Of a stretch of DNA of 64,000 bases, positions 1 to 8,933 are shown one piece after another. Origin of the DNA: an uncultured virus (IMG/VR IMGVR_UViG_3300004369_000007) (taxonomy: Duplodnaviria > Heunggongvirae > Uroviricota > Caudoviricetes); the IMG/VR virus record IMGVR_UViG_3300004369_000007. One strand, 5' to 3'. A program made the translations under genes and the position numbers. Positions within the stretch are counted from its first letter, which is position 1; each line of letters begins with the position of its first letter. A model generated the notes under the pieces. The model worked only from the letters and a program-made list of their open reading frames with translations, was not told the origin of the DNA and searched no databases.

Positions 1-525
1 GAAGTGCATCAAATAAATGAAAGAACGGTTGGACTACATAGAGCAACCAGAAAAAATATTAAAATTGATGGAAACTCACACACAGTAAAAAGCGCAGATG
101 TAGGGGGAGAAGCAATTTACTGGAAAGAATGGGAAAAGGACATGAAAGAACGCCGTGTTAAATATATTATTTTTATGATAGACCACAGACACTTGGATAG
201 TAATTCTAATTTAGACCATCAGTTAGCATGGAAGTTTATAGTTGATTCAATCATTTCAAATACTTGGTCTGATGGTAAAAGAAAGAAAGATATTGATTAC
301 CCACTAGCAGTAGGAATTTGGGCAAATAAACATGACATATGGGGAAAGAAATACCCATTAGAAAAAGAACAACCTATGGATAAGCATGAAATTTTTGAAC
401 CATTTAAATATGGAATGAGAAAACTAAATGATAAAGGAATACCTTGCTTTAAATATATTGTATCGGCAAAGTCGGAACCCGAAATGGTTTATAGAGGAAT
501 TACCACAATGATAAAGGATTACTGA
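1..525 (+). CDS. Small Ras/Arf-like GTPase (5'-truncated by window edge)
   Basis: Candidate G2 Thr (RTVG), G3 DVGG, IIFMID strand, G4 NKHD, G5 SAK; the P-loop would lie upstream of the window. Confidence 0.8.
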   Translation, partial: EVHQINERTVGLHRATRKNIKIDGNSHTVKSADVGGEAIYWKEWEKDMKERRVKYIIFMIDHRHLDSNSNLDHQLAWKFIVDSIISNTWSDGKRKKDIDYPLAVGIWANKHDIWGKKYPLEKEQPMDKHEIFEPFKYGMRKLNDKGIPCFKYIVSAKSEPEMVYRGITTMIKDY

Positions 526-530
526 TTATC

Positions 531-1067
531 ATGTGGAGGCAAATTCTAAAGGCTCTAGAAAGAATTGCTCTTAGTAAAAACGATAAGATAACAAAAGAAA
601 ACAAAAAACAAAAAGAAGGCATCAAACCCACAGGCTTATGGTATTCGTTTAGTTTAGGTAGTGGGTGGATGAGAAGAAATATGTTAGATTATGGTTGGAT
701 GAGTTCATATAAATATATTTTGCACTTAGACACTTCCGCATTAAACATTTTACAAATTAGAAATCTAGAAGATGCTAAAGACTTTTATGAAAAATTTGGC
801 CTTAAAACTGGCCCTTATGAAGTAGTAGCAAAATGGGATATTGTCGCATACACATACGATGGAATAGAATTATTAAATTACAAATCGTGGGTAAAACCAG
901 TTTATTCAGTTAGCAAAGATAAAAAAGCCCTCATGGATATGTTTTATGGATGGGACATGGATTCAGGTTGTATTTGGAATACTCAAAATTTAAAAGTCAA
1001 AAAGGTTAGACCAATTGAAAAAAGGCACTACGATAAAGAGGATAATGAACTTAGGAGGACAATGTAA
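531..1067 (+). CDS. Hypothetical protein with MWRQILK leader
   Basis: 178-aa ORF; N-terminus matches the W-x-x-I-L-K leader of the 62-64 kb genes. Confidence 0.6.
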   Translation: MWRQILKALERIALSKNDKITKENKKQKEGIKPTGLWYSFSLGSGWMRRNMLDYGWMSSYKYILHLDTSALNILQIRNLEDAKDFYEKFGLKTGPYEVVAKWDIVAYTYDGIELLNYKSWVKPVYSVSKDKKALMDMFYGWDMDSGCIWNTQNLKVKKVRPIEKRHYDKEDNELRRTM

Positions 1068-1726
1068 TGTATCAACAACAAATTATAGGACAAAACGCAC
1101 CAGCACAATTTAACCCTACTCTCTCTCCGCTACAACAGGCGAGAGCAAGTGGGGTTGTGCAAGAATATAAGTTTATTTCATTTAAACCGAAAGCACAATT
1201 AAAAGAACTTAAATTGGTTTTGAAGGCAGAACCTAAGAAGTTTTTAGGCATCAAATATGGAAAAAAGTTTAATCTTAAAGACCGTTGCGTTGTCTGTGGT
1301 TTTCATCATATTTGGGAACAAGGAGATTATATGCGTCCTCCTATGCCTTTAGATGGAGTTACTAAAGGAAGGCCATTAATGGGAACTTATTGTCCTAAAC
1401 ACGCTTCAATCTATATGCAAATGGAAATGCTTCAACAACAAATACTGGCTGATAAACATGGTCTTGAGTTTAGTGCCTTTAAGCCACGAATGCCTAAAGT
1501 GATTAAAAGTGGCCCAATTAAGACTTTAACTAAAGAAGATGTTATGACCCTTACTGCGGCAGGATGGTTTATAACCCCACCCGCACTAGCAGATACAAAG
1601 ACGGCCACCGAAGAAGTAATTCGTTTAATTACTGAAATCAGCCTTATGACCGAAAGATTAAATCATTTGATGCTTAAGAACAATGTTCAAGCCCAAAACG
1701 AAGAAGAAAAAAGTAAGGAGGAATAA
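1067..1726 (+). CDS. Hypothetical Zn-binding protein
   Basis: CVVCG...YCPKH motifs; stop/start overlap with upstream gene; AGGAGG RBS. Confidence 0.55.
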   Translation: MYQQQIIGQNAPAQFNPTLSPLQQARASGVVQEYKFISFKPKAQLKELKLVLKAEPKKFLGIKYGKKFNLKDRCVVCGFHHIWEQGDYMRPPMPLDGVTKGRPLMGTYCPKHASIYMQMEMLQQQILADKHGLEFSAFKPRMPKVIKSGPIKTLTKEDVMTLTAAGWFITPPALADTKTATEEVIRLITEISLMTERLNHLMLKNNVQAQNEEEKSKEE

Positions 1727-1728
1727 AT

Positions 1729-2376
1729 ATGGGACTACTAGGAACCAGCAATAGCACAGTTTTAGGTGCAGTTCAGGCTCAAAACGATAATAACTTTAAA
1801 ACAGTCAATAATCTTCTTTCATTACAAGAAAATCATGTTGAAGAATTTTTCCAATATCATGGTGAATTGTTTTTAACTGCTTTTGAAAAAATGATGGAAG
1901 ATGTAGTAGAAAGAGTAGTTTCTCAAATGTTGGCTAAGTTAAGTTTTGATGCTAACGGAACAAGCATGACTATCAACAGGGATGCTCTTCGTGAATACGA
2001 GAGAATTACTCAAGAAAATATTGACTTAGATATTCAAAAATTATTACAGTCTGCTATCAATAGTGAAGTTGTTATGCAAAGAAAAATGGCTAAACAACAA
2101 TATCTTGAATCACAAGGCTTTAGTGGAGGTATGCAACAACCATCAGCAGGTATGGCTTTCGCCAATATTACTGGAAATACTCAGCAATATAATCAAATGC
2201 AAAGTGCTATGAATAATGGCTCAGGTTATCCTATTCCTCCTACGGGAACAGATGGATATGGTCGCCCATATTGGATTGATGCTCAAGGTCAAATGAGTTA
2301 TGAGCCTCCTTCAAGTGGCTTACATTTAGGTTCAGCCATCCAAAAAGGGGCGGCTTGGGCTAAGTGGCTCATGTGA
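1729..2376 (+). CDS. Hypothetical protein, helical N-terminus and Gln/Gly/Pro-rich tail
   Basis: 215-aa ORF, GGAGG RBS, tight operon packing. Confidence 0.6.
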   Translation: MGLLGTSNSTVLGAVQAQNDNNFKTVNNLLSLQENHVEEFFQYHGELFLTAFEKMMEDVVERVVSQMLAKLSFDANGTSMTINRDALREYERITQENIDLDIQKLLQSAINSEVVMQRKMAKQQYLESQGFSGGMQQPSAGMAFANITGNTQQYNQMQSAMNNGSGYPIPPTGTDGYGRPYWIDAQGQMSYEPPSSGLHLGSAIQKGAAWAKWLM

Positions 2377-2386
2377 GGTGTAATTA

Positions 2387-4129
2387 ATGTCTGTTAGTTT
2401 TAGATGGGGAAATCAAACTCTTTCTCTTCCTAATTCGGAAAATTATCTTATAACGCAGATGCGTGATTATATTAGTAGCGGAGATAAAAATTTCCGAACA
2501 AAGGTAAGAATCGCAAGAGAAAGTGTGGAAGATAGTGAAGTGAATCTAAATAAGTTTAAAGAAGAAATGAAATCTGTTCTTGAAAAAGTTCTTAATGAAC
2601 CTCTTGTTCCTGAATTACAAAAAGACTCAGACGCTTGGAAGATGTTTTCTAAACTAAGAGACAGGAAAACAGATAACGAAATAAATTTGAAATTCATTGA
2701 AGGAAAAAAACTTTCTGACCTTTTAAACGCTGAAGTTTTAGGCAGATTGAAAGGAACTGATGTTTCCTTTATTCGTGGAGGACAAACCACTTTGCCGCCA
2801 TTTGATTTTGAAGATTGGTATGACTCATTTACAAATGAAGAAAAAGAAATTGAAGTTAAATACGATTTAGTATTAACAGAACACGCTAAATTACCAGATG
2901 TTTATACTTATGGACATAAGCAATATAAAAGTGCTCTTGATACTCATATTGAAGCAAGATTTCCTGCTTATGACCCAGATAGTTTAGCAAATGCTAAGGC
3001 TGACTATATTTTAGAACAGACTGGTCAAGAAACTAGGTTTAGTCCTTCTTCTGGTAAATTTAAAATCGCAAAAGAAAATATTGATTTTAGTTTTAAAATA
3101 CCCGATTCTGTTATTTCTCAATTAAAAGGTAAAGGTAAAGATGATTATGTTATTGAACAAGAACTTAGTGAAGGAGAAGATGGAAAAGAGGTTTTTACTG
3201 AGGTAGGTAAAAGAATCCCTTTTACTTCTAATCCTGAAGAGGAAATTAACTCATTTAATGTAGCACAGGCCATATCTGCTTTAGATAGAACAGATACTAT
3301 GAGAGAAGAAAGCATTATTAGTTTGAATGGTAAATACTATTATGTCAAATTTACAGATGTTGATGATTTAAAACAAGCAAGAGTTACTTTTCCTAAAGGG
3401 GCAGGTAGTCCCGAACAATTTATTGAGGATAATAAAAACTTAATTATGAGAATTATTAAACCTCATTTAGACAATCCTGAAGTTGTTTATGGTGTTAAGT
3501 TATATGGTAAAATTAACACTAAGGCTACTAAACTTCAATCTTATCAAACATATGCTTTAGGTATTCAAGCCAAAGGAGATGATAAATTAGTTGATGCAGA
3601 ATCGGGTAGGGAGTTATCAGTTAAAGATATTAAGAATCAATCTAAGAGGGCTTATAGTCACAAAACAGAAAAAGAACAAGAATATACTAATCTTAAAACA
3701 GGAAATAAAATTAGTGCTTCGGAATATTTTGAGTTAGGAAATGATGAAAAGAAAAATTATTCTAATAAAGTATTTATTTCTGAAAAAGCCTATAATGCAC
3801 TTTCTTCTGAAGATAAAAAAGATTATACAGCAGAAATTAGAATTTATGACATTCAAGAAGGCGACCGTGATAATCCTAAAGTAAAACCAAGTCTTTCAAC
3901 AAGAGAATCAACTGATTTCGGCGGCATTAAATATAAATCAGATAGTATTTATGTTGATGATATTCAAGAAGCATTTGCTGGTGCTACGGTTGAATTAACC
4001 ATTGAATTAACCAAATATGGTGAATTTAACTTAAGTGGTGCTAGAATGAAACAAAATAGAAAGATGGCGACCCATACTAACAAACTCAAGAAAAACATTA
4101 GAAGATTAAAGAAAATCGTTGGTGTTTGA
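2387..4129 (+). CDS. Hypothetical protein (late region)
   Basis: 580-aa ORF, GAGGTG RBS. Confidence 0.6.
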   Translation: MSVSFRWGNQTLSLPNSENYLITQMRDYISSGDKNFRTKVRIARESVEDSEVNLNKFKEEMKSVLEKVLNEPLVPELQKDSDAWKMFSKLRDRKTDNEINLKFIEGKKLSDLLNAEVLGRLKGTDVSFIRGGQTTLPPFDFEDWYDSFTNEEKEIEVKYDLVLTEHAKLPDVYTYGHKQYKSALDTHIEARFPAYDPDSLANAKADYILEQTGQETRFSPSSGKFKIAKENIDFSFKIPDSVISQLKGKGKDDYVIEQELSEGEDGKEVFTEVGKRIPFTSNPEEEINSFNVAQAISALDRTDTMREESIISLNGKYYYVKFTDVDDLKQARVTFPKGAGSPEQFIEDNKNLIMRIIKPHLDNPEVVYGVKLYGKINTKATKLQSYQTYALGIQAKGDDKLVDAESGRELSVKDIKNQSKRAYSHKTEKEQEYTNLKTGNKISASEYFELGNDEKKNYSNKVFISEKAYNALSSEDKKDYTAEIRIYDIQEGDRDNPKVKPSLSTRESTDFGGIKYKSDSIYVDDIQEAFAGATVELTIELTKYGEFNLSGARMKQNRKMATHTNKLKKNIRRLKKIVGV

Positions 4130-4131
4130 AA

Positions 4132-5439
4132 ATGAGTCAAACAATCTCGCCTAGCGACTTTACGGAAATTAATCCAGATTATGGCGAAGGGAGAGGCTAT
4201 TATACTAACGCTACCGAGGTCGCTAATCTATTACAGATTCCCGCTTTTTCAGTATCTACCTACCCTACATTGGCTCAAGTCGGGTCAATTATCAAACGGG
4301 TGGAGGGCATTGTGGATGACACGGTTAAGCGTTCATACCGACCAATTATTACAAAGGACGAGTATCATAACTTTGAATTTTCTCACCTCCCACACAAGGC
4401 ATATTATGGCGGTCATGTTGGTTTTGTGCAATTATCAAAAATGAAAGTAAGAAAGATTGTTTCTCTACAACTCTGGCAGGGAAGTCAATATATTGAAATT
4501 GCATCGGCTCAAGCAAAATTAACTCTTCTAGATAATTTTAGAGACCTAAATTCTATTATTCTTCAATTACCGAATAGCGGAGTATCTTTTGAAATGGTTG
4601 CAGAAAACACATTAAATAATTTAGGAAATGATGAATTTTGTAATACCTTTGGTATCAAGACTACCAATGAAGAAATCCTTTCTTTGGTAAATGAAACCTT
4701 TCCTACTGTGTCCCAATTTACAGGGGCAACCGCACCAAAGAGGCTCACTTCTTCACAATTATCAATTTCTGACTTTTTCTATGCTGGAAAGAACAAGTCA
4801 GACGGGAAGGAGATTCTCTTCTCATCCCTACTTTCGGGAGACGACGGGGCAGATTGTGTGCTAAAAGCAACAATAAAACAGTCAATCACACATACAAATG
4901 CAGATAATAACCTTGTTGTTGTTGATTCATCAAAATTAGTTGTAGGTATGGAAATTGAAGATAGTAATAATCATATTCCAAGTGGAACGACAATTACTGC
5001 TATTGTTGATTCAACCAATGTTACTATGTCTGCTAATGCTACAAATACAGGGTCGGGAACAGGGACATTTATTACAACAGACCAAATACCAACAGTTTGC
5101 ACTTTAGTTCCCTTTACAGACAAAGAGGATATGCGCCGTCTTGGAGATTACTGGACAATTAATGAAGAAGGGCGTATATTCTTCTTAAAGGATTATCCTT
5201 ATCATAGAAATAATTCTGTTATTGTGACTTATATTGCTGGAGATAATAGAGTTCCTTCTGCAATTCATGAAGCCACCACAAAATTAGCCGCATCAGAAAT
5301 TATCCGACATGATGACCAAAGCGTATTAATTACTGAATCTGGTGGAAATATTTCTACAAAAGAAAAGTATGATATTCTTCGTAAAGAGGCTATGGATATT
5401 CTTAAGGGTAAGGCTGACCTTGTTTATTTCTTGGATTGA
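4132..5439 (+). CDS. Putative head-tail adaptor/neck protein with inserted beta domain
   Basis: N-terminal YTNATEV and C-terminal VTYIAG..VPSAIHEA resemble head-tail connector families; lies upstream of tail genes. Confidence 0.6.
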   Translation: MSQTISPSDFTEINPDYGEGRGYYTNATEVANLLQIPAFSVSTYPTLAQVGSIIKRVEGIVDDTVKRSYRPIITKDEYHNFEFSHLPHKAYYGGHVGFVQLSKMKVRKIVSLQLWQGSQYIEIASAQAKLTLLDNFRDLNSIILQLPNSGVSFEMVAENTLNNLGNDEFCNTFGIKTTNEEILSLVNETFPTVSQFTGATAPKRLTSSQLSISDFFYAGKNKSDGKEILFSSLLSGDDGADCVLKATIKQSITHTNADNNLVVVDSSKLVVGMEIEDSNNHIPSGTTITAIVDSTNVTMSANATNTGSGTGTFITTDQIPTVCTLVPFTDKEDMRRLGDYWTINEEGRIFFLKDYPYHRNNSVIVTYIAGDNRVPSAIHEATTKLAASEIIRHDDQSVLITESGGNISTKEKYDILRKEAMDILKGKADLVYFLD

Positions 5440-5460
5440 TTCTTTGAGGGGGCAAGAGTA

Positions 5461-5676
5461 ATGGCGATTGAGATTGACCTCTCTAAATTTGATGAATTGC
5501 TTCAAATTCAAAAAGAAAGACAATTAGCCATGAAAGAATTATCGGAATCATTAGGAATTGATATTACTTTTAGTGATGATGAAGTAATTAAGTTTGCGAT
5601 GGAAGCATACGAAAAGGAAATCAATAAACAAATCAATACGGAGGTGGAAAATTGGATGAAGTCTCTCTTCTCTTAG
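5461..5676 (+). CDS. Small hypothetical protein
   Basis: 71-aa ORF in structural operon. Confidence 0.5.
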   Translation: MAIEIDLSKFDELLQIQKERQLAMKELSESLGIDITFSDDEVIKFAMEAYEKEINKQINTEVENWMKSLFS

Positions 5677-6164
5677 ATTTATTATCAAACAATTGGGCAT
5701 CTAATGCTACTGCCCTTGTTAGCGATGGAACAATTGATGCATCTCATGCCGTTACTCCTGATTTTATTGACATTAGAACATTGTCTGCTAACAAAGGGGT
5801 TCGTGTTGATTTAAGTAGAACTCCAGCAACAATCGTTATTTTTGAAGATTCTCAATCAATTACATACCCAACAATTCATTATGATATAAGAAATGAAACT
5901 TATTCATTTACTCTTCATATTCGTGTCCTGCATGATGAGCGAGGTGGGGCTGATGCCGACTACGGAAAAGACAGGCTAAGGGCTATATACTTGATTCTGC
6001 GTAGGGTTCTTGAGGGTAAGCGCAAGGGCTATACTGCAAGTGATGGCTCAAGATTTAATCAATTATTTGTTGGCTCAAGAAGCGAATCAAATGATAGAGC
6101 AAAGCGTTTATTTGGATATAAAGTATCATTAGAAGCGAAAAGATTTGCATTAAGTATTCCCTAG
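5652..6164 (+). CDS. Putative tail terminator/completion protein
   Basis: Size and position just before tail tube gene. Confidence 0.5.
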   Translation: MDEVSLLLDLLSNNWASNATALVSDGTIDASHAVTPDFIDIRTLSANKGVRVDLSRTPATIVIFEDSQSITYPTIHYDIRNETYSFTLHIRVLHDERGGADADYGKDRLRAIYLILRRVLEGKRKGYTASDGSRFNQLFVGSRSESNDRAKRLFGYKVSLEAKRFALSIP

Positions 6165-6191
6165 TAAGTTTGTTAGGAAGGGGGAGTTAGC

Positions 6192-8195
6192 ATGGTAAAT
6201 GGCGATATATTTTTAGGTAGCGGCGCAAGTATCACAAAAGTCCCTGAATTGGACTTATACTGTAAAATTACAACTGCAAGTGCAGGAAGTAATGTATCAA
6301 CCTTTACTTTAGACTCTGACTTCACAAATAATTTTTCTCTTGTGAATGATATTTATGTTGGTTGTGTTATTCGCAGATATAATGCTAGTGATATTTTACA
6401 AACTATTCACAGAATTACTTCTAATACAGAAACTACTATCACTATCAGCCCTTCTGTTGATACTTTGGCTTCGGATGATTATTTCGTTATTGAATCCTAT
6501 GGTGCGCCATGTCCTGCACCAAAAGTTTCTTCTGGAACAACCCACACCGATTTAATCACGACTATTACTTTCCTTAGTGATAATAAAACTGATTACAATG
6601 ATGATGTAATCCTTCTAAATCTTCTTTCTGCCGAAACAGCAGGTGGAGGAACTTTAGCCCAAGCCGCAGTATTCTTTGATACTACTGGCTCTCAAACTTA
6701 TAGCGGTTCAGTTTCCACTACTGGGGAAGTGGATATTTCTGCCGCAGCAAACAACACAAGAGAAGAATTTGCTGCTATTTTGGCTACGGCAGTAAATAAT
6801 TTAACTTATGCTACTGCTACGAGAAATGGAGCCACAGTTACTATTACCAGCACTAATGGTGGTTCTAACGCAGTAGCAACTACTATGACTCAATTAAATG
6901 GAACCGCTAAATCTATTAATTCTAATTTGACTATTACCTCAGTAGCAGGAACAACGGCCACCACTACTACTGGAAAAAGACTTCTTGCAGATACTTGGTT
7001 AGGAATTACAGAATCTATTACTTTCCCTACTACTGAGGTTGAAATGAAACAAACAAATCTTTCCCTTGGTGGAAGCCGAAATTGGACTTATCAATATAAA
7101 GGTATTGAAACCGCAGGTGCGGCAGATTTGAGTCTTGTTGCTAATCACGGTGCTTGGTTATATTATTTCTTAGGGAGATGCACTAATGTTGATATTGGAA
7201 ATATTAGCACAAGTGATGTTTTTACTGAAAGTGCGCCAGACGAGACTCCACCAACTAGTGAATTTACTGCTGAAAGTAGTAATGCTATCTATATTGATTA
7301 CGATAGTATTTCTGAAACAGGCCCTATTTTTCAAAGAAGCGTCGGAACTGTTATGACACCTCCTGTTAATATTTCAATTGATAATAGGGCAAATCTTAAT
7401 AAAGTGGGTGCTTTCTCATTAATTAGCGGTAAATTGCAGAATGCTATTAAATATACTTTTGCCGAACAAGAACAAGACCTTCTTCCTTCGTTTGCTTTAG
7501 AACAAGTGATGAGCAAATTGCCTTCTTCAGACACATACCGAACTCAAACTGCTGATGCTAACGAAGAATTAAACTTTGTTAAAATCGCAAGAGGATGCCG
7601 AGTTAATACTCTCACTTTGACGGCTAATGAAAATGAAGAAATTAAGATGTCAATTAGCGCAAATACAAGGGCTGTTCATTCTTTAGAAAAAACTGAATCT
7701 TATGATGCTAGAAGGGGTGTAACTGACGAAACTTCTTTCTTTAACTTTACTTCCATTGATGAACTGCGTGAGCCTTTCTTCTTCTCAGATGGTGTTTTTA
7801 AGTGCTTCGGTCATACTTTCTTAAAAATTAACACTTTGACTCTGACCATGAACAATTCTCTTCAAGACCGAAGATTCTTTGGTGTTGGTAGCAAATCTAT
7901 TCAGGAGGCTATTCCCGCACAAAGAACCTATGAGATTTCATTTACTGGTCATGTAACTGATGATAGATTATACAATGAATTGCTAAATCAAAATGAAGAT
8001 ACTAGTAATACTATTGAATTGACCTTCACTAAATCAACTGGAGAAAAGATTAATTTGAACTTCCAAAATTATTACCTTAGTGCAAATAATTTCCCAATTG
8101 CTGATGATAAAGGCCCGATTGTTGTTGAAGCAACAGTTATGCCGAGAACTTGTTCTCTTTGTGAAGTTATTACTCATTGGATGCTACAAGGGTGA
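6192..8195 (+). CDS. Major tail tube protein with N-terminal accessory domains
   Basis: C-terminal tube-like sequence (GCRVNTLTL, LTMNNSL, RTYEISFTG); followed by chaperone and tape measure genes. Confidence 0.7.
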   Translation: MVNGDIFLGSGASITKVPELDLYCKITTASAGSNVSTFTLDSDFTNNFSLVNDIYVGCVIRRYNASDILQTIHRITSNTETTITISPSVDTLASDDYFVIESYGAPCPAPKVSSGTTHTDLITTITFLSDNKTDYNDDVILLNLLSAETAGGGTLAQAAVFFDTTGSQTYSGSVSTTGEVDISAAANNTREEFAAILATAVNNLTYATATRNGATVTITSTNGGSNAVATTMTQLNGTAKSINSNLTITSVAGTTATTTTGKRLLADTWLGITESITFPTTEVEMKQTNLSLGGSRNWTYQYKGIETAGAADLSLVANHGAWLYYFLGRCTNVDIGNISTSDVFTESAPDETPPTSEFTAESSNAIYIDYDSISETGPIFQRSVGTVMTPPVNISIDNRANLNKVGAFSLISGKLQNAIKYTFAEQEQDLLPSFALEQVMSKLPSSDTYRTQTADANEELNFVKIARGCRVNTLTLTANENEEIKMSISANTRAVHSLEKTESYDARRGVTDETSFFNFTSIDELREPFFFSDGVFKCFGHTFLKINTLTLTMNNSLQDRRFFGVGSKSIQEAIPAQRTYEISFTGHVTDDRLYNELLNQNEDTSNTIELTFTKSTGEKINLNFQNYYLSANNFPIADDKGPIVVEATVMPRTCSLCEVITHWMLQG

Positions 8196-8200
8196 TTTGT

Positions 8201-8296
8201 TTGCCTTCTGCATACGATAAAAATAAAGAAAAGGTTGCCCGCAACCTTGCTAAAGAAGAAAAGAAAAGTAAGAAAAAATCTAAATTGGCTAAATAA
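8201..8296 (+). CDS. Small Lys-rich peptide (31 aa, TTG start; not in ORF track)
   Basis: GGTGA RBS then MPSAYDKNKEKVARNLAKEEKKSKKKSKLAK. Confidence 0.35.
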   Translation: MPSAYDKNKEKVARNLAKEEKKSKKKSKLAK

Positions 8297-8336
8297 TATT
8301 CCACCAACACCGTTTGTAAGTTTGTTGGTTTAGAAG

Positions 8337-8714
8337 GTGGATAATATGTTGAACAAAAAAATTGTAACAGATAAAAGTGTGCTTTTTGCACTAACCGAGC
8401 CAAAACTACACTATATTCGTGTAGCACCCGAAAGCGATGAATACCTCAAAGTGTGGGTCAAAGAACCTACATGGCTTGAGGTGGACAAAGCCATGAACAG
8501 TATGATGAAGATTGATGCAAAGCGTCAAGACATGGACATTGATTTGAATGCTATGTTTAAATTCATGGTTGAAAACTTTGTGGTAAGGACTGAACCAAGT
8601 CTTTCTGCAATTGACATTTTACGACTCACCCCCTATATTGGGAATCAATTAAAAGAAGTCCTACCAAATCCATTTACGGCGTTGGAGGATGATGAAGGAA
8701 AAAAAGACGAGTAA
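8337..8714 (+). CDS. Tail assembly chaperone (gpG-like)
   Basis: Between tail tube and tape measure; ends at a GGA AAA AAA slippery run. Confidence 0.7.
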   Translation: MDNMLNKKIVTDKSVLFALTEPKLHYIRVAPESDEYLKVWVKEPTWLEVDKAMNSMMKIDAKRQDMDIDLNAMFKFMVENFVVRTEPSLSAIDILRLTPYIGNQLKEVLPNPFTALEDDEGKKDE

Positions 8715-8929
8715 GAGCCGCATTAAAGGGAAAGGTTGCTGACCCTGAAATTGTGTCTCTTACAGTTGTTTATTCTTTATCTCAAGCACTTGGAATTAGC
8801 CCATTAGAAATATACCAAATGCCTGTTAGTTTAGTTAAGGATTTATTGATAGTCCATGCAGAAGCGGAGAAACTCAAAGCAGAAGAAATGGATAAAGCAA
8901 CAAAAGGTTCTATGAATAATATTAGGTGA
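8705..8929 (+). CDS. -1 frameshift extension of tail assembly chaperone (gpGT-like)
   Basis: Open -1 frame RRVRAALKGKVADPEIVSLTVVYSLSQALGISPLEIYQMPVSLVKDLL... after A7 run at 8699-8705. Confidence 0.7.
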   Translation, partial: RRVRAALKGKVADPEIVSLTVVYSLSQALGISPLEIYQMPVSLVKDLLIVHAEAEKLKAEEMDKATKGSMNNIR

Positions 8930-8933
8930 TTAA

